Origin: Candidatus Eiseniibacteriota bacterium
GTDB taxonomy: Bacteria > Eisenbacteria > RBG-16-71-46
Assembly: GCA_963717505.1 (NCBI GenBank)
Contig: OY970342.1
Location: forward strand, 3,648,001 to 3,712,000
Reading direction: 5' to 3'
Length of the DNA stretch: 64,000 nucleotides
The translations under genes and the position numbers were made by a program. The notes below the pieces were generated by a model. The model searched no databases and had not been told where the DNA came from. It was given only the letters and a program-made list of their open reading frames with translations. Shown here in pieces: positions 1 to 7,821 of the stretch (positions are counted from its first letter, which is position 1; every line of letters starts with the position of its first letter).

Positions 1-346
1 ACGGGCTCGACTCGCGGGCCGACTGCGACACGAAGGGCGCGACGAAATCCGGCACCGAGCGGTCGAGCACATCACGCGCACTTCCCCACTCGAGCCCGGG
101 GGCCTTCTCCGGATCCAGATCCAGCTCGATCGGCGGGCGCTCGAACTCGATGCGGATGCGGTCCTCCCCCTCGATGGTCAGGGATTTGAACACCGTGCCT
201 TCCCGGTCGGCCTTGAGCGTCATGCCGGTATCGGGGGCCGCGGCGCGGACCGACTTCGGACTCGGCGCGGGACGCGGCGGCGTGGCCGTCGCCGGCGGAA
301 GCGCTCCGGCGGCGACGGCGAGCAGGATCAGGTAGTGAGGGGCCAT
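1..346 (-). CDS. Secreted hypothetical protein (runs off window edge), last visible gene of the PorV-TPR-ExbBD-TonB operon
   Basis: AGGAGG RBS at about 355-360, ATG at 346; translation MAPHYLILLAVAAGALPPATA...FKSLTIEGEDRIRIEFERP stays open to position 1. Not in the ORF track because no stop lies in the window. Confidence 0.75.
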   Translation of the reverse strand, partial: MAPHYLILLAVAAGALPPATATPPRPAPSPKSVRAAAPDTGMTLKADREGTVFKSLTIEGEDRIRIEFERPPIELDLDPEKAPGLEWGSARDVLDRSVPDFVAPFVSQSARESSP

Positions 347-358
347 GGTGTGATCCTC

Positions 359-1324
359 CTAGTCGGTGCCCTGGAGCCGGAATCGGAACGTGATCGTGCC
401 CCACTGTTCGCCGATGCGGCCGCCGCGCAGGGGCTCGAAGCGCCAGTTCCGCAGTGCGGCGCGCGCGTTCTCGTCGAAGTCCTCGAAGCCCGCGGTCTTC
501 TGCACCAGGACGTTTTCCTTCACCATCCCGTCGGGGCGAACCACGAAGTACAAGGTGACGGAGCCTTCGACCGCCTCGCGTTTGGCCCAATCGGGATAGA
601 CGGGCCGTGTGTGCGAGATCACGGCGCGATCGGTGATGGGCCCGGCCATCGAGGCGCCCGCCAGCGTCCGCTGCGTCGCGACCTCGCCGGGCGGAGCCGG
701 CGCCGGCGCCATCGTGCGCTCCCCGCGCACCTGCGCGGGCGCCATCGTGGCCCCCGAGGCCAGGCTCGCTCCATTCGCGGGACTGAGCGCGGGCTGGTCG
801 GGGCCCTCACGGGTCAAGGCCATCGGGGATCCGCCTCGCCCGGCACTACTCGAGGCAACGACCGCGGGCGCGGTCAGGAGGGCGGACGGCACGGGAGCGA
901 CGGAGGTGCCGGCGACCGTCGTCGACTTCCGGTTGCGCATCTCGCTCAGTCGCGCGTTCAGTTGGTCCGCGAACGCCAGATCGGTCTGAGGCTGAGGGGC
1001 GATGTCTCCACGCGACTGAGTGCGGCGGAACGCGGCGTCCTGTTCGACGGCCCGTGTCACGCCCTTCACCGAGACCGCCCCCGCGGCCGCGGGCGTCGAG
1101 GCTGCAGCCGCCGCCGGTTCCAGATCGCTCGGATCGATCAGAACGATCTGGGTGAGCACCGGAGCCTTCGACTCCACGACGCGATAGGACACCACCGACA
1201 TCAGGAGCAGCAAATGGAAGAGCACGCTGATGCCCATGGTGTACCGGATGCGCTTCCGGCTCTGCTCGACGTCGCGCTCGAGCGCGCCCCAGGTGGCGAC
1301 AGTCGTGCTCATGGATGTGCTCAT
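359..1324 (-). CDS. tonB: TonB family energy transducer
   Basis: N-terminal TM with S-x3-H (ISVLFH), Pro/Ala-rich linker, TonB_C motifs PVYPDWAKREAVEGSVTLYFVV and FDENARAALRNWRFEP. Confidence 0.9.
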   Translation of the reverse strand: MSTSMSTTVATWGALERDVEQSRKRIRYTMGISVLFHLLLLMSVVSYRVVESKAPVLTQIVLIDPSDLEPAAAAASTPAAAGAVSVKGVTRAVEQDAAFRRTQSRGDIAPQPQTDLAFADQLNARLSEMRNRKSTTVAGTSVAPVPSALLTAPAVVASSSAGRGGSPMALTREGPDQPALSPANGASLASGATMAPAQVRGERTMAPAPAPPGEVATQRTLAGASMAGPITDRAVISHTRPVYPDWAKREAVEGSVTLYFVVRPDGMVKENVLVQKTAGFEDFDENARAALRNWRFEPLRGGRIGEQWGTITFRFRLQGTD

Positions 1325-1746
1325 GGCTGGCCCTCGGGCTTTTGGCGGGTCGCGATCGCCATGCGCCTGGCACCGGCGGCGCGCGCCTCGCTCATCAACC
1401 GCTCGACGTCGGCATAGGGCGTGCTCGAGTCCGCGCGCAGCACGACCAGAACGTTCTGGTTGCGCGGCTCGGCCAGCCGCCGGGCCAGCGCCTCCTGGAA
1501 CTGCGTCGCCGCCACCCGTTCATCGTCCACCGCCAGCACGCCGTTCGCGCCCAAGGTGATGCTCAAGTTGCTCTCGTCCTCGGCCTCGCGGGTCGTGGCC
1601 TTCGGCAGATCCACCGGCAGATCCGAGATCGGCAGCAGGGGTGCGGTCACCAGGAGGATGATCACCAGCACCAGGGCCACGTCGATGATCGGCGTGACGT
1701 TCACCTTGGTGATGAGTTCACTCTGGTTTACGGGGGACTTGCGCAC
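1321..1746 (-). CDS. exbD: ExbD/TolR family protein
   Basis: VNVTPIIDVALVLVII TM motif with conserved Asp; VVLRAD motif. Confidence 0.92.
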   Translation of the reverse strand: MRKSPVNQSELITKVNVTPIIDVALVLVIILLVTAPLLPISDLPVDLPKATTREAEDESNLSITLGANGVLAVDDERVAATQFQEALARRLAEPRNQNVLVVLRADSSTPYADVERLMSEARAAGARRMAIATRQKPEGQP

Positions 1747-1748
1747 GC

Positions 1749-2162
1749 CTACCTCCCGACCACGCCGATGTGGCCGGCGCCGGCGCTGCGCACTTCGTCG
1801 AGCACGGATACGAAGTCACCATGCGCAACCGCCGGATCGCAGCGCACGATCACCAGTCGGGTCGCGCTCTTTGCGATGAGCGGGCGCACCGCCGCCGCCA
1901 GCGACGCGCGCGGCACGCGCTCGCGGTTCACGTCGATCATGCCATCGGCGCGGATGTCGAGCTCGATGCGTTCGCTGGGACCGCGCTCCAGCGCCTTCCG
2001 GGCGCTGCCCGCGGCATTATGGACCGCGATGCTCGATTGGAACGCCATCGGCGTGGCGACCATCAGGATGACGACCAGCACCAACGAGACGTCGATCAGC
2101 GGCGTCATGTTGACGTCGTGGATGCCTTCCGTCTTGCGGTTCGTGTCGCTCCGATTCTGCAC
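1749..2162 (-). CDS. exbD: ExbD/TolR family protein (second copy)
   Basis: VNMTPLIDVSLVLVVI motif; GTG at 2162 preceded by AAGGAG. Confidence 0.9.
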   Translation of the reverse strand: MQNRSDTNRKTEGIHDVNMTPLIDVSLVLVVILMVATPMAFQSSIAVHNAAGSARKALERGPSERIELDIRADGMIDVNRERVPRASLAAAVRPLIAKSATRLVIVRCDPAVAHGDFVSVLDEVRSAGAGHIGVVGR

Positions 2163-2172
2163 GCCGGACTCC

Positions 2173-2895
2173 TTAGGCCACGCGGGCCAGGGCCCGCTCC
2201 TCGGACTCGCGCGGACGCGACTTGTGCGGACGCTCGTCACGGCTCGCGTGAGCAGGCTCGTCCTCGATCGCGTTCGCCGGCGCTTCCTCCAGAGTCAGAC
2301 GTAGGTTGCGCGCCTGATTCTCGGCCACCGTCAACATGACCGAGATGCGGCGCATGAAGTGGTTGAACAGCATGACCGCGGGCACCGTGATCAGGAGTCC
2401 GGCCGCCGTGGTGAACAGCGCCTCGGCGACGCCCGCCGCCACCACCGACGGCCCGGCCGAGCCGGTCCGCGCCATGTCGTGGAAGGCGCGCATGATGCCC
2501 CACACCGTGCCGAGCAGGCCGATGAGCGGCGCCGTATTGCCCATGGTTCCGATCAGGCCCAGGTTGCGTTCGAGCAACAGTCGCTGCTCGCTGAGCGCGA
2601 TCATCATCTTTTCTTCCCGGGCGGCCGGCGACAGGTGTGCGTTCAGCAGCAGGGCGGCCGCCACCGGTCCCGCCGGGTGTGGTGAGCTCTGGCACAACCA
2701 GGCCGCTTCCCGCACGCGCCCGGCCCGCACGTGCTCGGCCGCCTGCGCGATCAGCGCGGCCGGGTTCGCGCGACGCTTCCAGTAGTACATGCCACGCTCG
2801 ATGGCGAACCCGAGCGTGAGGACGCTACAGGCGAGAATCACGAGCATCACCGGGCTCGTGCGCATCGCCGTGATCCAATCGAAGTTCTCGAACAT
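2173..2895 (-). CDS. exbB: MotA/TolQ/ExbB proton channel protein
   Basis: APLIGLLGTVWGIMRAF and GVAEALFTTAAGL motifs. Confidence 0.93.
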   Translation of the reverse strand: MFENFDWITAMRTSPVMLVILACSVLTLGFAIERGMYYWKRRANPAALIAQAAEHVRAGRVREAAWLCQSSPHPAGPVAAALLLNAHLSPAAREEKMMIALSEQRLLLERNLGLIGTMGNTAPLIGLLGTVWGIMRAFHDMARTGSAGPSVVAAGVAEALFTTAAGLLITVPAVMLFNHFMRRISVMLTVAENQARNLRLTLEEAPANAIEDEPAHASRDERPHKSRPRESEERALARVA

Positions 2896-2925
2896 CGAGG
2901 GCCTCCTTGAGTGGCGAGCGGCCGG

Positions 2926-5900
2926 CTAGCGCCGGGCCGTGTGAGCCTCGAGCTGAGAGGCCCGTCCCGACGCCGCCGCCACCAGTTCCTGATCCTTCGA
3001 ATGGCGCGCGATGTCGCGATACGCAGTCACGGCACGCGGGTAGTCGCGATTGGCTTCGTACAGCGCGGCGCACCGTGCAACGGCGGAAAGGCGATAAGGG
3101 TTTGCTTTCTCGGGGTAGGTCGAAGCTTGCTGGTAGGCGCGCAGGGCCGCGGCCGCCTCCCCCGATTGTTCGCGGCACCGGCCGAGTCGGAACTGGAGCT
3201 CCACCGCCAGGGCCGCCTTGGGTGACGCGGCGAGCGCCGACTGGTAGTGCTCGACCGCTTCGGGGAACTTGCCCGCGACCTCGTCCAGATCACCCAGTTG
3301 GTATTCCACGTCCGCCGAACGCGCGTCGCCCCGGAATTCCCCCAGGTAGCGTTCGAGCTCGGCCCGCGCGGCCTCGGTGTCACCCAGCAGCCGGTTGCAC
3401 AGGGCCAGGTTGTAGCGCGAGGCCGAGCGCACCTCGGTGGTCGTGCTCTCTTCGAGCACGCGGGTGAATGCGACCGCGGCTTGCATCGGATTCTCGCCTT
3501 CGAAGTGCAGCAGTCCGAGGCGGAAGCTGACCATGGCGCTCAGCTCGCTCGACGGGAAGAAGCCGACGAACTGCTCGTAGGCGCGGAGCGCCTCGTCGCG
3601 CTGGCCCGCCTGCGCATAGGCGTCGGCGAGCAGGAACTGCGCCTGGTCGGCGCCCGAGTATCCGGGGAACTGGCTGACCACGCGGCGGAAGCCCTCCGCG
3701 GCTTCGGTGTAGCGCTGCTCCTGATAGGCGCGGCGGGCGATCTGGAACAAGGCGTCGGCCGCGAACGCGCTGCCCGGGTACTGCTCGACCAATTGCGCGA
3801 GCAGCTGCGAGCCCTTGGCGCTCTGGCTCAGGCGGTAGAGGGCGCGCTCGGTGCCGCGCGCCGCTTCGCGCGCCGCCGGCGTTTCCGGATACTGCTGGGC
3901 GGTGTGCGCAAAACCCTGGATCGCATCGGCGTCACGGCCGGCGTTGTAGTCGCACTGGGCGAGCCGCAGGCTGGCGAGCGAGGCCGCCGAGCTGCCGGCG
4001 AAGTGCTCGAGCAGTCCGCGGTAGCAGCGCTTGGCTTCGTCGTAGCGCTCGGCCTGGAAATAGACGTCGCCGGTGCGGGCCCAGGCGCGCTCGGCGAGCG
4101 GCGCCGTCGCGCTGTCCCTCAGCATCGCCTCCCAGCGATCCACGGCATCGCCCGCGCGGTCCAGCCGCAGGTAGCAGAGGCCGGACTGGTAGAGCGCCAC
4201 GAAGCGCCGCGGATGTTTGGGGTAGCGCCGCAGGAAGTCCTCGTAGGCGCCGGCGGCTTCTTTGTAGCGCCGCTGGTTGAAGCGGTCATGGGCGATGTCG
4301 AGCAGGGCGCCGCTGACCACCTCGGGGCTGCCGTGGACACCGCGTGCGAGCAGACGTTCCTCGGTCGCGATCGCCAGACTGTCGCGTCCCTGACGGGCGT
4401 AGGTCCACGCCAACAGACGCGAGGCCGACGTGCTGACGGCGTCGTCGGGATGGTCGCGCATGAGCTGCTCCAGCGACGCCTGCGCTTCGGGGTAGCGGGC
4501 TTGTGCCGCCATGGCGTCGGCGTCGATCAGCAGCGCGTACGCGCGCCACGGCGAACGGCTCGGCGGCATGCGGCTCAACAGCAGATGCGGGGCACCCGAG
4601 AGCTGGCCCAGGTCCCCCGAGCGGTGATAGGCGTACTCGAGCAGGCAGAGCGCCGATTCGACCAGCTCGCGATGCTCGGACGAAGCGAACACGACCAGGC
4701 CCGAGCTGTCGCGACGCGAGGCGTAGCGGTCGAGCACCAGCTGGAAGTACGGTGCGGCGGCCATCGGCTTGCTTAGGGCGATCAATCCGACGCCGGCCAG
4801 ATACGCGGCCGCCGGCGCTTCCGGCTCGAGGGGGTAGCCCCGGACCACCGCCTGGTAGGTTCCAGTCGCGTCGGCGCGCCGTCCGAGCGCATCGAGACAC
4901 CGGCCGACGCGGTACTGCGCGCTGGCTGCCACCGAGTGCTGGAAGTACGAGGTCAGAACCCGGTTGTATTCGACGATCGCCTCGGCGTACTGCCCGCGGG
5001 CAAGCAGCGCTTCGCCGAGCAGGAACTGGGCGCGCGCACCGATGTCGTTGCCGGCGTTGCGTGCGACCACGCCCTGGAGAATCGTGAACGCGGAATCCTT
5101 GGCCCCGGTCAGGAACAGAGCACCCGCACCGCGCAGTTCGGCCTCGGCTTTGATCCCGGGGTCGCGAACGCGCCGAACCACACGATCGAACTCTTCGGCG
5201 GCGCTGCGGAAGTCGCCGGTCGACAGGAAGGTGTTGGCCTTGGCCAGCAACGCCGCGTCGCGCAGCGGGGAATCCGGATGGCGCTCGGCCACGTCCTGGA
5301 GCAGGGCGGCCGACTTCAGCCGATCCCCACGGCGGGCGAGGCACAGCGCGCGCAAGTAGGTCGCGGGCGCACCCGGGGGGCGAGGCCCCAGGATCGCCAG
5401 TGCCGCGGCCGCATCGCCCTGCAAATAGGCGACTGTGGCGCGCGCCAGCGAAACGCGGGCGTCGGAAGCCGTCCATGGGAACGCGGCCGACAGCGCCTTC
5501 ATCCGCTTGGCGGCCTCGTCCACGTCGCCGCGCCGTACGGCATTCCACACGGCGCGCAGCCGCGCCTCGGAGCGCAGCGGACTGTGCGGGAAGCGCTTCT
5601 CCCAGCGCAGCCATTCGCGGTCGGCCTCGTCATCACTTCCCGATGCTTCGAGCGCTTCGATCCTGGCGAAAGCGGCGTCGGCGGCGAAATCCTTCGCGCC
5701 GAACTCGTCCGCCGCCCGCTGGTACGACTCGGCCGCGCCGCGGTAGTCCCCGCGTTCGAAGCGGATCTCTCCCGCTAGGAACCTTGCAGCCGCGCGTTCG
5801 TCGGCTGCACCCTGCTTGAGCACCGATTCCACCGATGGCTCGAGCCGTTCCAGGGCTTCGAGTCGCTGGGCCCGTGGCAGCCAACGATCGATCTCGAACT

Positions 5901-6072
5901 CGCGGCCGACGTCCTTGATTCGGAGGGGCGCGGTCTCCTGCGATGGCTTCCCGGCCGAAGTCGGCGTCGCCGCGACCACGGCGATCAGGGTCGCGCAGGC
6001 GAACGAAGTTGCGATCGCGGCGCGACGCATGGCCGACCTCGAAGGGCGAAGGTTCCGAAGCGCGCGATTCAT
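2926..6072 (-). CDS. Large periplasmic tetratricopeptide-repeat protein (BamD/YbgF-like repeats)
   Basis: Signal peptide followed by many TPRs ending in YP/FP..S; ATG at 6072 overlaps the upstream stop (ATGA). Confidence 0.88.
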   Translation of the reverse strand: MNRALRNLRPSRSAMRRAAIATSFACATLIAVVAATPTSAGKPSQETAPLRIKDVGREFEIDRWLPRAQRLEALERLEPSVESVLKQGAADERAAARFLAGEIRFERGDYRGAAESYQRAADEFGAKDFAADAAFARIEALEASGSDDEADREWLRWEKRFPHSPLRSEARLRAVWNAVRRGDVDEAAKRMKALSAAFPWTASDARVSLARATVAYLQGDAAAALAILGPRPPGAPATYLRALCLARRGDRLKSAALLQDVAERHPDSPLRDAALLAKANTFLSTGDFRSAAEEFDRVVRRVRDPGIKAEAELRGAGALFLTGAKDSAFTILQGVVARNAGNDIGARAQFLLGEALLARGQYAEAIVEYNRVLTSYFQHSVAASAQYRVGRCLDALGRRADATGTYQAVVRGYPLEPEAPAAAYLAGVGLIALSKPMAAAPYFQLVLDRYASRRDSSGLVVFASSEHRELVESALCLLEYAYHRSGDLGQLSGAPHLLLSRMPPSRSPWRAYALLIDADAMAAQARYPEAQASLEQLMRDHPDDAVSTSASRLLAWTYARQGRDSLAIATEERLLARGVHGSPEVVSGALLDIAHDRFNQRRYKEAAGAYEDFLRRYPKHPRRFVALYQSGLCYLRLDRAGDAVDRWEAMLRDSATAPLAERAWARTGDVYFQAERYDEAKRCYRGLLEHFAGSSAASLASLRLAQCDYNAGRDADAIQGFAHTAQQYPETPAAREAARGTERALYRLSQSAKGSQLLAQLVEQYPGSAFAADALFQIARRAYQEQRYTEAAEGFRRVVSQFPGYSGADQAQFLLADAYAQAGQRDEALRAYEQFVGFFPSSELSAMVSFRLGLLHFEGENPMQAAVAFTRVLEESTTTEVRSASRYNLALCNRLLGDTEAARAELERYLGEFRGDARSADVEYQLGDLDEVAGKFPEAVEHYQSALAASPKAALAVELQFRLGRCREQSGEAAAALRAYQQASTYPEKANPYRLSAVARCAALYEANRDYPRAVTAYRDIARHSKDQELVAAASGRASQLEAHTARR

Positions 6073-7328
6073 GGCGCCGGGACCAGAGGGACCGAACCCT
6101 GCGGTCCACCCGTCGAGATCTCGACCGTGTGGGTCGAACCGGCAATCGTCCGTCCGTGCTGATCGTGCACTTCGAGCGTGTAGCGGTACGTGCCGTCGGG
6201 TAGCGGCATCCCGGCCTCGTCCTTGCCGTCCCACAGGATGTGCGCGGGCGGCTGGCCGGCACCGCCGAAGCGGCGCACGACCTGGTCCGACTTGTTGAGG
6301 ATGGCGAGCGTCCAGTCGCGCGGCTGCGCCTTGGTGCGGGAGTTGAGGGCGATCTTGGTCACCGCGTGCTCACCGGTCGGCGAGAACACCGGAGGATCGG
6401 CCTGCGAGCTGGCGAAGAAGCCGCCGAACCGATAGGACAAACCGACGCGATGCGTGAGTCCGAGCGGGTGGTCGGCGACGCCGTAGTCGAGCTGGTAGGT
6501 CGAGGCGAGGCGGCAGGTGAACCCGCCAGCGGCACGATCCTGGTCGAAGCCGAGCCGCAGCGCGATCGTCGGCTGGATCCAGTACTCGGTACCGGCGCGC
6601 AGCTGCGTCCCCGGACCCGAGGCTTGATCGACCTCGGCGGTGATCAGCGCGCGGCCACCCAGCATCTGGTACGCGATGCCGCCGCGGAAGCCGGTCGGAT
6701 AGGTCTCTTCCTCGGTGCGTAGCGTGAGACTCGGGCCGCCCAGGTTCATCACCGCGCCACCCACGCGCAGTTCGGGCGTGAGCATCCACTGCCCGCCCAG
6801 GTCGAAGCCCACACCCTGAGCGCTGAAGTCCTCGATCTGCTGCTGGATGAGCTTGACGGTGCCGCCGACCGCGATCCGTTTCGACACGGCCTTCGAGGCG
6901 GAGAACAGGTACGCGGTCTCCCCCTGACTGAACGTGCCGAGCGGATCGTTCAGGTCGTTGGTCCGCTCGAACTCTCCCGAGCGCAACGCGAGGATGTTGA
7001 GCGCGAACGACGGCAACCGGTTTCCGGGAACCGCGAAGCCGAAGCTGTGGATCGCGGTGCCCTCGTAGAGCTGAGCGGTTTCGAACGCAAGGACGTTGCG
7101 GTCCATGCTCGACAGGCCCGCTGGATTCCACAGCACGCCCAGCGGCTCGTCCGCGGTGGCCACGAAGGCGCCACCCAATCCGAGCGCGCGTGCATTCGTG
7201 TAGCTGGTCAGCCACTCCCCGGGCGAACCGCCGGTGGCTTCCTGGGAACGCGCCGGGCCGGCCACCACCGTGGCGAAGATCAAGGCGAAACCCGCCAGGC
7301 GGCGCGAATGGTCAAGCGTTCGGTTCAT
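6069..7328 (-). CDS. PorV/PorQ-like outer membrane barrel with C-terminal FlgD Ig-like domain
   Basis: ARALGLGGAFVATADEPLGVLWNPAGL and THRVGLSYRF (PorV/FadL-like), followed by ILWDGKDEAGMPLPDGTYRYTL (FlgD-Ig). Confidence 0.82.
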   Translation of the reverse strand: MNRTLDHSRRLAGFALIFATVVAGPARSQEATGGSPGEWLTSYTNARALGLGGAFVATADEPLGVLWNPAGLSSMDRNVLAFETAQLYEGTAIHSFGFAVPGNRLPSFALNILALRSGEFERTNDLNDPLGTFSQGETAYLFSASKAVSKRIAVGGTVKLIQQQIEDFSAQGVGFDLGGQWMLTPELRVGGAVMNLGGPSLTLRTEEETYPTGFRGGIAYQMLGGRALITAEVDQASGPGTQLRAGTEYWIQPTIALRLGFDQDRAAGGFTCRLASTYQLDYGVADHPLGLTHRVGLSYRFGGFFASSQADPPVFSPTGEHAVTKIALNSRTKAQPRDWTLAILNKSDQVVRRFGGAGQPPAHILWDGKDEAGMPLPDGTYRYTLEVHDQHGRTIAGSTHTVEISTGGPQGSVPLVPAP

Positions 7329-7513
7329 GGGGATCCTCCTCAGCGAACGACCGCGATTCAGCGACGCATCACGCGCAACGTGGCTCCGTGTTGAAATCGT
7401 TCCATGGGCGCACGGAGGCCCAGCCCGGTTCCATCGATCCGGCCTGGTGCACAGTTCTCAGCGCGACCCGCCAAGGCAGCTTGTGTGCCGAGCAGGATTG
7501 CGCGGTGCATCGC

Positions 7514-7572
7514 GCAGAGTGCGAACGCCGGAGAACATTGGAGCTTCAGAGGGCTACGCCTTCGCACTCTGC
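7514..7572. repeat. 12-bp perfect inverted repeat in divergent promoter region
   Basis: GCAGAGTGCGAA (7514-7525) and TTCGCACTCTGC (7561-7572) with a 35-nt spacer. Confidence 0.7.
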
Positions 7573-7821
7573 AATCGAACTGGAATTTGGTTTTTTCCCC
7601 AACTCGAACCCGGCTTGCGAGCGCTGCCGGAGCGCGATCGTGCGTGCAATTGGAATTGCGCGACGACGCAAAACGCGCGTTCATGTGTGTTCGGAATCGG
7701 GATCTTTCAGTAGAAGGTCCAGCGATCGTTCACACCAAGTTCACGACACCGTCGCCCTTCGCCCGGCGGCGCGATCTCCGCTAGAGTGCCGCCCCATGTC
7801 CAGCGCTTGGAATCCAGTCTG

